A stretch of DNA of 54,421 nt from a virus (IMGVR_UViG_3300045922_000842:1-54421); one strand, 5' to 3'. Positions 40,712 through 49,961 are shown, counted from the stretch's first letter. Made by a program: numbers and translations. Notes: generated by a model not told the origin, from the letters alone.

Positions 40712-42059
40712 AATAATCTCCTGCTTGGTTTTTAGTGAGTGTTTTTTTCTCAAGTTCTTCTTTTATAAAATCATAAACGTAAAAATCATATTTTTCTGGT
40801 TCATATAAAGCTAACATAGCAAAGTCTAGTCTTGTAAATTTTCCTTTTGACTGGTCAATGTATTTGTTTTCCATCAGTTCACAAATGTCGGCAAACGAAA
40901 GTTTTATCATTTTAACTCCTATCTGTCAAAGTCGTATAAATCATCACTATTATTAATTATACTCACCTCATCTAACCAATACTCTCCTCCGTCGTTTGTA
41001 AACACCATTTCCCTAAAGTGAGCTTCTCCGCAGCAAGTTTGTTTTTCTTTGCGAAAATCTCCGCAATACTCGCAAACCTCGAGAATTTCATTGATATTAC
41101 TGTCATCAATAACATGATAACCTAGATCCATATTTTTACCCACAAACTACCTCCAATAAAAAATCATAGTCCTCATTTTGTTTCTGGTTTCGTAAGTAGT
41201 CAACCCACTTTTTAGCTTCGACAAAATCAGCATAAATATCTTTTAAATAGTACTCAAACTCTCCGTCTTTGGCTCGCATAAGTATACGGTATTTCATGTC
41301 AATACTTCCTGCTAAGCAAAACTACAGGTGCGGTTAGTTTTTCAATTCTAACCCGGGTAGCTGGTTTTAATTCAACCGCAGATTGCGCAACTCTTAAAGC
41401 CTCTTCGCGCGATGTCACTACACGCTCGAAAGTGTGTCCGCCTGTGTAGTAAAGTTTAACTAACCACTGCTCTTGGGTCATGATTCTACTCCTTCTTTTT
41501 GAATCAAACTTAAAAACTCATCTACAATATAATGTCTATTTTTGTCTGTGTGCTGCCCTACAAATCCCCAACAGGAGTCAACTGTTTCCCATCCAATTCC
41601 AATCATAGGATTCCATTTTTCTAGAGTATAGCCAAAAACTCCCTCAGTTTCAACTAGGTTATTAAATATCTTTTCCTCTCGCATAAGTAGCTGGCTGTCT
41701 GTTTCGGTATTTACTACTGGACAAAAACAATCTCCTTTAAGTAACTCTAGGCTAGTATTTGTGTCGATAATTTCTACAATTCGGTAGGGTCCGCGTTCAT
41801 AGATTATTCTCATATTCTCCTCCTATAGTCTATCGGTCTTTCACTGCTATTTCTTTTTAGGTGGGTTTTTTAAAATCTTTAATGGATTGTTTTTATTGCC
41901 AATATAAGTATAGCTAATGTTTCCAACCATTGTTCTTATAAAGTCCTCAGCTTGTTCGCGGGTACTTAGCGGTATTGACAAAGGTCTTAACCCAGCACCC
42001 TCGCTAACATAGTACCATACTTTAGACCCTAATTGGTGACGCTCAATAAATACTTTCAT
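40653..42059 (-). CDS. Small hypothetical early genes (40653-40910, 40919-41143, 41299-41481, 41478-41813, 41847-42059)
   Basis: Packed minus-strand ORFs; 41478-41813 has a DSCWGFVG motif. Confidence 0.5.
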
Positions 42060-42358
42060 AGACCCTCCGGTAAATCTGTCTTTGTTTTTGGAAAGAAAAT
42101 CTCTCTAAGAGTATTGTTAGACAACTTAACTAGCACGGTTTTAATTGGTAAATGATCTAGTGCTTTTTCGTTTTTATAAAGCAGCTCTGCTAACGAGGAT
42201 GCTATTACTTTATTAGTAAAATCCTCTCCCGTAGGATGCTGCGTGACTTTAAAGGGCACTGAGTTTTTTAGTGCTTTAAGTATGTGAAAACTCGTGACGT
42301 ACTGTTTAGTCTCAGGATCGTAAATTTTACGGTTTTTATATCTAATGAAATTTTTCAA
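42056..42358 (-). CDS. PhaR-like (PHB_acc_N) DNA-binding domain protein
   Basis: IRYKNRKIYDPETKQYVT..F.V....TGEDFT..V matches the PhaR N-terminal domain pattern. Confidence 0.75.
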   Translation of the reverse strand: MKNFIRYKNRKIYDPETKQYVTSFHILKALKNSVPFKVTQHPTGEDFTNKVIASSLAELLYKNEKALDHLPIKTVLVKLSNNTLREIFFPKTKTDLPEGL

Positions 42359-42693
42359 GCGTATCTCCTTTTAATTGACTCTTCTAAAAGCTTCACTACT
42401 TCAGTATGTCCATAATAACTAGCCCAGTACAAAGCACTCTGACTAATTCGATCAACTCCTCTGTCTAGCAGTAGCTTTACTATTTCAATATGTCCTTTAA
42501 CACTAGCTTTCCACAAAGCCTCCTGACTACTAGGATCAGCTCCTCTATCTAGCAATAATTTCGCTATTTTAACATGTCCATTGGTACTAGCAGAACCCAA
42601 AGCATCCTGGCTATTAGGATCAGCCCCTTGATCTAGTAACAGCCTTACTACCTCAACATGCCCGTATCGTGCTGCTGTTTGTAATTGGTTCAT
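42355..42693 (-). CDS. Ankyrin repeat protein (3 short repeats)
   Basis: GH..VVxLLLDRGADP repeats, 28-aa period. Confidence 0.9.
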   Translation of the reverse strand: MNQLQTAARYGHVEVVRLLLDQGADPNSQDALGSASTNGHVKIAKLLLDRGADPSSQEALWKASVKGHIEIVKLLLDRGVDRISQSALYWASYYGHTEVVKLLEESIKRRYA

Positions 42694-43118
42694 ACTGCCT
42701 CCTTTTGTTTTGTAATTGCATCTTCTAAAAGCTTTACTACCTCAACACGCTCATACTTATTAGCAATATGCAAAGCATCCTGGCTATTAGGATCAGCCCC
42801 TCGATCAAGTAAGAGCTTTACTACTTCACCATGTCCATTAAGACTAGCAAAGTAAAGAGCATCCTGACTATTAGGATCAGCTCCTCTGTCCAGTAGTAGC
42901 CTTACTACCTCAACATGCCCATTAGCACTTGCCCAGTACAAAGCATACTGACTACTAGGATCAGCTCCTCTATCTAGTAATAGCTTAACTACCTCAACCT
43001 GTCCCTTAAAACTAGCCACGTACAAAGCATCCCGACTATTAGGATCAGCTCCTCTGTCCAGTAATAGCTTTACTACTTCAGTGTGTCCGTATCGTGCTGC
43101 TGTTTTTAATTGGTTCAT
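42690..43118 (-). CDS. Ankyrin repeat protein (4 short repeats)
   Basis: Same 28-aa repeat. Confidence 0.9.
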   Translation of the reverse strand: MNQLKTAARYGHTEVVKLLLDRGADPNSRDALYVASFKGQVEVVKLLLDRGADPSSQYALYWASANGHVEVVRLLLDRGADPNSQDALYFASLNGHGEVVKLLLDRGADPNSQDALHIANKYERVEVVKLLEDAITKQKEAV

Positions 43119-43543
43119 ACTGCCTCTTTTTGTTTTTTAATTGACTCTTCTAAAAGCTTCACTACCTCAACATGTCCACAATAATTAGCCCAGTACAAAG
43201 CACGCTGATTATTAGGATCAGCTCCTCTATCAAGTAATAACCTTACTACTTCAGTGTGACCATGCCTACTAGCCCAGTACAAAGCACGCTGATTATTCGG
43301 ATCAACTCCTCTGTCCAGTAGTAGCTTTACTATTTTAATATGTCCATCAAAACTAGCCAAGAACAAAGCATCCTGACTATTAGGATCAGCCCCTCTGTCC
43401 AGTAATAGCTTTACTACTTCAGTGTGACCATGCCTACTAGCCCAGTACAAAGCACGCTGATTATTCGGATCAACTCCTCTGTCCAGTAGTAGCTTTACTA
43501 TTTCAGTGTGACCGTACTGTGCTGCTGTTGTTAATTGGTTCAT
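43115..43543 (-). CDS. Ankyrin repeat protein (4 short repeats)
   Basis: Same 28-aa repeat. Confidence 0.9.
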   Translation of the reverse strand: MNQLTTAAQYGHTEIVKLLLDRGVDPNNQRALYWASRHGHTEVVKLLLDRGADPNSQDALFLASFDGHIKIVKLLLDRGVDPNNQRALYWASRHGHTEVVRLLLDRGADPNNQRALYWANYCGHVEVVKLLEESIKKQKEAV

Positions 43544-44262
43544 ACTGTTTTCCTTGCCTTTAGATTTTGGTACTTATAAACATATTTTTTGCCACCGAAG
43601 CTAATATAGTTATAATCTTGACCATAGACTTCCTCAAAAAGCTTTAAATAATCAGGATCAAAAGTAATATAGCCTAGATTCTCCATTTCACTATCGCGAA
43701 CTTCCATTTTATGATACTTAAGTATTTTTAAGATATAGCTAATATATTTAGGGTGGATACTACCATTTCCTTTACCTTTAATCTGATTAACCGATCCTGT
43801 TTTAGTAATTTCAATAGTGGCGTGGGGCTCGTTGTTTTCATCGCGCAAAGAATACACCTCAACTTCAGAATTTCCAAAATAACTAGCGACACAGTGGCGC
43901 ATGATAGCACCTTCGCGCTTAAAGGCATTTTCTCCAACAAGCTTCACATATCTAAAACCTGATTTTTTAGACCTCAAAATTATTTCTACATCATCTTCAG
44001 TTTCGACAATATTCTGTCCTTTTTTCTGCAGAGCTTCGGTCCACTTTCTAGCAGACTCTTTAGCCTGATCATAGCTCATCTTCTGCAGTCGTTTTGGTGC
44101 TTTATCTGAAAGTAGAAAGTCCAAAATATGCTCCACCTCAGACACGTTCTGCGGTCTAGCAATGTCTCTTTTTAACGCAGCTTTTAAAGTGTTATCAATC
44201 CACCATTTTACTTCGGGGTTACCGCTTGCGTTGTTATAGTTTAAAAATTGTTCTAAGTTCAT
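43540..44262 (-). CDS. PcfJ-like domain protein
   Basis: REGAIMRHCVASY..YSLRD..PHATIEI..QIKGKGN. Confidence 0.75.
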   Translation of the reverse strand: MNLEQFLNYNNASGNPEVKWWIDNTLKAALKRDIARPQNVSEVEHILDFLLSDKAPKRLQKMSYDQAKESARKWTEALQKKGQNIVETEDDVEIILRSKKSGFRYVKLVGENAFKREGAIMRHCVASYFGNSEVEVYSLRDENNEPHATIEITKTGSVNQIKGKGNGSIHPKYISYILKILKYHKMEVRDSEMENLGYITFDPDYLKLFEEVYGQDYNYISFGGKKYVYKYQNLKARKTV

Positions 44263-44880
44263 ACTGCCTCCAAAGCCGTAACTAATTTAAGTATTTTTTT
44301 ATAGGAAAGCGGGCCTTGGTATCCTCTTACGCCTGGTTTAACCCCATTTTCGTTAACTTCACCGTAGGCCCGCCAAACACTTACAGTAGTAGCTTTACCA
44401 CGAAACCCACCTCTACAAGTAGTGTCTGGACGTACTTTCAATAAATATTTTTTATTTTTAATAGTCAACTCAGTTGAAAAATACATACCGCTTGATTTGT
44501 CCGCTGTAAGTTTTAAAATTAAATCTTGCATTTTCATACTATTCCCCCAATTCCTTAAGAAATTTTTTAGCTTGATGCAAACTTAGGTTATTAAATTCCC
44601 CCACTGTTTGGATGCTAATTGTAGAAACTAGCGCTCCATCCCCTCGTCTAATGTCCTCAATAACTGCCTTTCTAACCGTTGCGCGCCTTGGGCTATAGTA
44701 GTCCATACGTTCAGTTGTTATAAAATAAGCTTGTTTGTCTGACACTCGCTTAAAGTGATTAGTTAACTTGGTTTTAAAAGCTCTCATATTATTTGGGCTA
44801 AACCAGTTACCTGATCCAATTTGTTCGTAAAGGTATCTAAGTTCGTTAACATTCCAAGGCATTGTTTTTGTGTAATTCAT
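44259..44880 (-). CDS. Two hypothetical early genes (44259-44537, 44539-44880)
   Basis: Strong RBSs; the second has a WFSPNNMRAF motif. Confidence 0.55.
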
Positions 44881-44904
44881 GTTGTCTCCTTTGTTATAAT
44901 CTAC

Positions 44905-44931
44905 TCATCGGTAAGTTTTAAAAATACTTTA
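44905..44931 (-). promoter_or_regulatory. Sigma28 (FliA)-like promoter
   Basis: TAAA-N15-ACCGATGA versus consensus TAAA-N15-GCCGATAA. Confidence 0.55.
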
Positions 44932-44945
44932 ACAAAAAATTTTAA

Positions 44946-45744
44946 TTAATCCCATAACAAATGTTTATTATGCAGTACCACTGAAAGCCTTTGCTCCCTA
45001 ACCTTAATCTTAAACGATACCTTCACTTGATCCTGAGTGAATATCCTAGAGCTAACAAGTCTGCCATTTAGGTACTGATCCAGTCTAAACCCTTGTATAT
45101 GTCCCTCATGGCACCTGTAAAGCTCTAATCGCCCCTTGGTTCGTTTATTTATACCAACTGCTACAATTCTCTGGATCATTAAAAAACTCCTTGCAAGTTA
45201 GCTGCCATTCGTTTAACATATATTACTGAGGTGCCCGTAATAGTTCGACACATATCAAGGCGGCCACTTCGGTTACTGAGGAGAAAAACTAAGCTTATCC
45301 TAGCTGCCCGTGTTTTGCGGCGGGCTACCCTAGACAGTAACCCCTCGATTTGGCGAGGCAGATACCAAGTCACCTTCCAGTTTCTCATCCAAAGGATATC
45401 CTAATGGTAATCTTTTGTTTGGATCATAATTAAACAGATTTCCTTGATTTACGAACGCCGGCTCCGGAACGGCGGGCAACACCAACAGAACTAACTCCTA
45501 AATGTTCGGTTAGAAAGTAGTTAACTGTTTCTTGTCCGTAGTAGTGGATCATCTGCTTAACTGCTAAGGTACGCTTAGATTGATTAAATACAGCCATATC
45601 AAAAGCACCGTCACCACAGGTTAGGTTGTAGTTATCTCGGTGTACCTGTAATTGATACATAATGGGTTCGCTTTCCAAACCAAAGCGTACAGTAATGAGC
45701 TCTCCTTTGGTGCTGTTTAGTTCGGTTATTTCTGCATGTTTCAT
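44946..45744 (-). CDS. Small early genes (44946-45179, 45179-45388, 45430-45744)
   Basis: Minus-strand ORFs; 45744 has an AAAGGAGA RBS. Confidence 0.45.
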
Positions 45745-45779
45745 GTGGTCTCCTTTGTCAGTTAGTTGGCTACTTGGTT

Positions 45780-45808
45780 AGAATATGATAAATTACTAAT
45801 TGCGTCAA
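45780..45808 (-). promoter_or_regulatory. Sigma70-like promoter
   Basis: TTGACG-N17-TATTCT. Confidence 0.6.
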
Positions 45809-46062
45809 GTGTGTAATAACTATAGTGGTTATAAGTAGATTTGATAGTAGGGTTATAAGACAGGTGAGAAATTGTGAAAAAGCTGCTTTGCGTGTCTGAA
45901 AGCAATTTTCGTGCCACGATTTTATTCTCCTCTCGTCTAAAATACAGCCTAGAATCAAATATAAGTCAGTTACGCAGTCACACTGTCTACAACGATCGGA
46001 GACGTACCTCGGTCTAGTCGGCCAGAGGTGTGTCTTTACAGACCCGGATATGCTAGGATGTC

Positions 46063-46269
46063 TCATGCTGCCACCTTTTCGATCAAGAATTTGTCTTTAT
46101 CAGTTACGATTAAGGTAATGGTGCCAAATGTCTTAATACCTCTCACTCCATGTCCTAGTTTAGTGAGCTGTTTCTTTAAAGCAGTCTGACACTGATCTAA
46201 CGATCCTAGGCAAAGGGAATCGGTCTCGTAGGTGCTCCGACGGTATCTTTTAAGTTCGTGAATGTTCAT
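46063..46269 (-). CDS. Small hypothetical early protein
   Basis: Purine-rich RBS, ATG start. Confidence 0.5.
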   Translation of the reverse strand: MNIHELKRYRRSTYETDSLCLGSLDQCQTALKKQLTKLGHGVRGIKTFGTITLIVTDKDKFLIEKVAA

Positions 46270-46354
46270 GTGTCCCCCCTCTTTTGTTACCCGTCTAGGA
46301 CAGCTGCTACTGTCCCTATTGTAATAATCAGAGTTATTAAATAAATAAGCTCCG

Positions 46355-46807
46355 TCACGATATCACCTCCAAGTTGATCAGTCCCAAGTCCTTAAACATG
46401 TCCGGACAGAGTGTTGCTTTCACCCGTTGACCGTCTTTAAGTTGAACGTTGGTTACAAGTTGAGGATACTGGCTGTTAGCCCCATTAAAGTTACATGAAA
46501 AGAAATGAATACTTCGACTTAAATCACCATCTCCAAGTCGTATAGAGCCCTCACCGGATATTTGGTCAAACCAGCGTACCGTACCCTCAACTTGATGAGT
46601 ATTGTTTGATAAGCCTTCCCATAACACACATTCCTCACCGTAGATGATGATTTTAAACTGGTATCCGTCCCCCTCTTCTACAGCTATTGATTCAATGTAC
46701 TGCCCTGGTTTATTTGGTAAGACCTGAGTCTGAACATATAGGCAATGTGGCTTCACGAATTCTAGAACAAAGTCTTTATCGAATTTGGTGTTATTAAATA
46801 GTCTCAT
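46355..46807 (-). CDS. Protein with C-terminal cold-shock (OB-fold) domain
   Basis: EGTVRWFDQISGEGSI..IHF..LKDGQRV resembles CSD RNP1/RNP2. Confidence 0.65.
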   Translation of the reverse strand: MRLFNNTKFDKDFVLEFVKPHCLYVQTQVLPNKPGQYIESIAVEEGDGYQFKIIIYGEECVLWEGLSNNTHQVEGTVRWFDQISGEGSIRLGDGDLSRSIHFFSCNFNGANSQYPQLVTNVQLKDGQRVKATLCPDMFKDLGLINLEVIS

Positions 46808-46825
46808 GGTATGTCTCCTTTGTTT

Positions 46826-47080
46826 TTAAATTAAATTTGTTTGTAAATTCCTGAGTTCAGTCCCAGTCGCTGTCCCCGTTTTCACGGTCTCACATACTTT
46901 CTTAAGGAGAGTTTGAGATGTTTGTTTTAGTATTCGCTCAGGCAGATGCATTCTAGACTTATTCACCCAGACTTGAATCTCAACATTATCAGGAAGTGAA
47001 GCGTCTTCCCAGATGTGAATGATGTCTACTTGTCCAACTTCGGTTTCAAATGTTTGGATATGTTCCTTGTATTCACACAT
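46826..47080 (-). CDS. Hypothetical protein, probable first early gene
   Basis: GAGGGAG RBS downstream of the sigma28-like promoter. Confidence 0.5.
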   Translation of the reverse strand: MCEYKEHIQTFETEVGQVDIIHIWEDASLPDNVEIQVWVNKSRMHLPERILKQTSQTLLKKVCETVKTGTATGTELRNLQTNLI

Positions 47081-47131
47081 GATGAGTCTCCCTCTTTTGT
47101 GTCAACCGTTATTGATTGACTTATAAAAAAC

Positions 47132-47158
47132 ATATCGGCGGGTTTTTTAAATAATTCA
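47132..47158 (-). promoter_or_regulatory. Sigma28 (FliA)-like promoter
   Basis: TGAA-N15-GCCGATAT. Confidence 0.5.
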
Positions 47159-47452
47159 ATGAAACTTTCTTATAGCTAGTATAAGCAAGGGGGGTACCCT
47201 CCCAGAAAGCTCGGATGCACCAAGACCCCTTTCGTACTTTGTCTATTTCAGGATGGTGTTTTTGTGGGGAGTAATATGATGGGAATATGTGTGTTGGTAG
47301 CCCCGACGGCTTAGGCAGACTTATTATGAAAACGGTGATATCCAGGAAAATTCAAATAGGGGGGTGGGTGTTTTTTGTGGGGGGGTATAGTTTTACCCTG
47401 CAAGACAAAAAATTTTTTATTTTTAATCCTAATAACCCTTTTTGCCCACAGG

Positions 47453-47761
47453 CTAGCCCCTATCATCCATTTCAGGCTTGCGGGCCAGCATGTATTGCAG
47501 TAAAGCTAATGTGGCTGCCGCGTGATGGATGTGATTCAGTCCTGATTCGGGATCATTGTCCTCTCCTGATAAAAAAGCATAGATGTGCCTAAGGGTAGCA
47601 TCCGTAAGTCTTGTGTAGGCTAAGCCACCAGTAAAGTTATAGGTACCATACTTGTCAGCACCATATCCTAAAGCTTTAGCAGTACCTTCCATTGCCTCGC
47701 GGGGGATAAGGGATAGCCTTGGCTTACCTTTGTCATACTTTTTACCAGGTTTATTTTTCAT
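47453..47761 (-). CDS. DUF5664-family dATP/dGTP diphosphohydrolase-like protein
   Basis: KYDKGKPRLSLIP, YGADKYG..NF, RHI, DPESGLNHIHHAA, DDR. Confidence 0.85.
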   Translation of the reverse strand: MKNKPGKKYDKGKPRLSLIPREAMEGTAKALGYGADKYGTYNFTGGLAYTRLTDATLRHIYAFLSGEDNDPESGLNHIHHAAATLALLQYMLARKPEMDDRG

Positions 47762-47766
47762 AAATA

Positions 47767-48962
47767 TTAAAATCCAAAATTTTTCTCGGGCCACTTAGAT
47801 TTAATAACCTTTTTATCTTCATCACTAAGTCTAGAGCTTAGTAGATCGTGAAGTGTTTCTACAGGAGGTTTAGGATCGGTTAAAACTCGCCCGGCCAGTG
47901 CTTCTATTGCCTGAAGCATGACCTGAGCCGTCTTTCCTTCGGCTAAGTGGTACACAACATCCCCGTTCCTGTTAAAGTACTTGGTTATGACTAGATTGGG
48001 TCTAGAAAAATAATGAGCCGTCCCTGGCTCAGTCAAACTCGTCTCTCTCCTAAGACTGCTCGCCCTCGAAACCCACAAAAGGCGAGGATAAAACGCTGTA
48101 ACCCTATCTCCCTTATCATAACCCTTTGTGTGGATGAATGCAAGGGGTATTTCGTGTCCGATCATGTTTGAGGTAATAAAATCATATCCAGTGTCGTCAA
48201 GGATGCCCTTCATCTGGTTTATTAAACTTCGGTAAGTATCCTTACCTGGCCTAAACTCGCCCCAGGTAGTTTTATTTAGCTTGAGCGGGGCCAACCCATA
48301 CTCCCTTTAAAACCAATAAAAAGCCGTCTTCCCCCGTCTGTTCGTTTACCGAATGCGTAAGCCCTTCCTGAAAGGAAACATAGGACAGCCCAAACCTGCC
48401 TTCTGTTGGTTTTCCGAAGGTGTGGGCGTAGCGAGACAGGGCAATCGTAAGCACTTGATCAAAGAAGTAGTTAAAGTAAGCAGGCTGGTTCAACGCCGCC
48501 TCGACCTCGGATGCAGGTACGAAAAGGCGATATAGGGCCGTAGTTGGCTTCTGAGCCCTTAATTTCACACTGACGGCGGCTGGGGGTGGCAGCTTCAGGG
48601 GATCGTCGCTTGTAGGGGCTAATAGAGCGCCACCGCCGCCGGCAATCTCGATAGTAGGCACTTCTAGCTCGCCTGCGTCGTTTAAAGCAGCTGGAAATAC
48701 GTTTTGGTTCAGTTCAGCCAATTTCTTGGCATATCGGGTAAATAATAGCTTATTGGCTTTCTCGGCCATCTCTTTGTATGTCATCTGGTCTCCTTGTCAC
48801 TTTTGCGTTTTTAAGCAAGTTAATCACTCCACCCATTACTTCCAGGGCTAGAATGACCAGTACTAAGTTTACAAGTGACAGAACATAAGGGTAGGGCACT
48901 CCAAGAATTACAGACATTAGGAAGGAAGCACCGGCCACAATTACAAATAAAGCATATCTCAT
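47767..48962 (-). CDS. Hypothetical genes (47767-48294, 48272-48784, 2-TM protein 48750-48962)
   Basis: Overlapping minus-strand ORFs with RBSs. Confidence 0.5.
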
Positions 48963-49201
48963 TAGAACTCCCAGGTATAGGATATTTTTTGATCTTGTAC
49001 GGATTTAATAACCAGTCCCACGTTCCCAAGGATTTTCTGGGTGTCTTTACCTACGTTTTTATTTAGAAAATCCTGGAACATCTTATCTATCTCCAACTGT
49101 ACCATCAGTGCCTCCGCAGCTTTTTGGACTGCGGTGGTTTCTGTGTTCGCTAGAACAAATGGCGCGCTAGTTAAAAGTACGAAGGCTGTCAATGCGCCCA
49201 T
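48962..49201 (-). CDS. Small secreted protein ending ISYTWEF
   Basis: GAGGA RBS, signal peptide MGALTAFVLLTSAPFVLA. Confidence 0.5.
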   Translation of the reverse strand: MGALTAFVLLTSAPFVLANTETTAVQKAAEALMVQLEIDKMFQDFLNKNVGKDTQKILGNVGLVIKSVQDQKISYTWEF

Positions 49202-49961
49202 TATTAGTCCTCGAATCTTTGAACTCAACAGGTACTGCATCTTCAAGTGCTCCCTTTGTTGGTACAACTAAAGCTAACCTATCTACAAATCCTAGCTTAA
49301 AAGCGTCTGGTCCGTCAAGCCATAATTCATCCCTAGAAAGCTGTTTAAATTTAACATACTCCATTTTACTCCGAGAAACTGCGTGTTGGTCAAAACGATC
49401 CACGTATTTGTTGATTGTTTTTAACAAGCTGGACATTTCTTCTAATGTTCCTTTTAGTCCACCAGAGGCGGGGTGAAACATGATAATAGCTTTTTCGCCG
49501 GAGTATCGGGTTTTACCTGCCTGTAGGATGTGTGCCCCCATTGAAGCACATAAAAGTTTACAGTATGTATTAATTACCATTGGAGATGAGTTTATATAAG
49601 CAATCAATTCAGCTCCAGCAAAAACACTGCCGCCCGGACTGTCGATAACCAACAAAGCCTCTCGGTACCCCCGCATTCTAATTTGCTCTAGTCTAGCCAA
49701 CGTTAAAGCTACGCTTCTAGGATTTACGGAGCCAGCTAAAACAGCAATCTGATCTAAATCAATACCCAATCTTACAACCTGCAGTTGTTCCGGTGCAGCC
49801 TTAACAGACAAGTTTTCTTTTGATTTGGTATTCGGCACAGAAAAAGGAATTAAGACTTCTTCTTGAGTCACCAGACCTGAGTTATTATTGATAATAGCTA
49901 AGGTTATTGGTAAACCTATAACCAACACCAAAGCAATCCCTAAAACAATATATCTTGACAT
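49167..49961 (-). CDS. Membrane-anchored ClpP/crotonase-fold serine protease
   Basis: IDSPGGSV, CASMG, IMFHP, ELWL..A...G.VD; N-terminal TM. Confidence 0.85.
   Translation of the reverse strand: MSRYIVLGIALVLVIGLPITLAIINNNSGLVTQEEVLIPFSVPNTKSKENLSVKAAPEQLQVVRLGIDLDQIAVLAGSVNPRSVALTLARLEQIRMRGYREALLVIDSPGGSVFAGAELIAYINSSPMVINTYCKLLCASMGAHILQAGKTRYSGEKAIIMFHPASGGLKGTLEEMSSLLKTINKYVDRFDQHAVSRSKMEYVKFKQLSRDELWLDGPDAFKLGFVDRLALVVPTKGALEDAVPVEFKDSRTNNGRIDSLRTFN

Larger units (their letters stand above)
42381..43543. repeat. Nested tandem repeats: 84-bp ankyrin unit inside a 425-bp gene unit
   Basis: Gene starts at 42693, 43118 and 43543 are 425 bp apart; 43243-43335 is identical to 43411-43503. 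Confidence 0.9.

Noticed and set aside
42355-43543. Diversity-generating retroelement or CRISPR array
   Set aside because: No reverse transcriptase or template repeat, differences are not adenine-specific, and the repeats are in-frame coding units without unique spacers
45770-46066. 98-aa - strand ORF as a real gene
   Set aside because: It overlaps a good sigma70 promoter and has atypical composition; more likely regulatory DNA, though ATGA coupling leaves some doubt
47453-47794. Z-base (2-aminoadenine) or other modified-base system
   Set aside because: No PurZ or other modification enzyme is recognisable in the window
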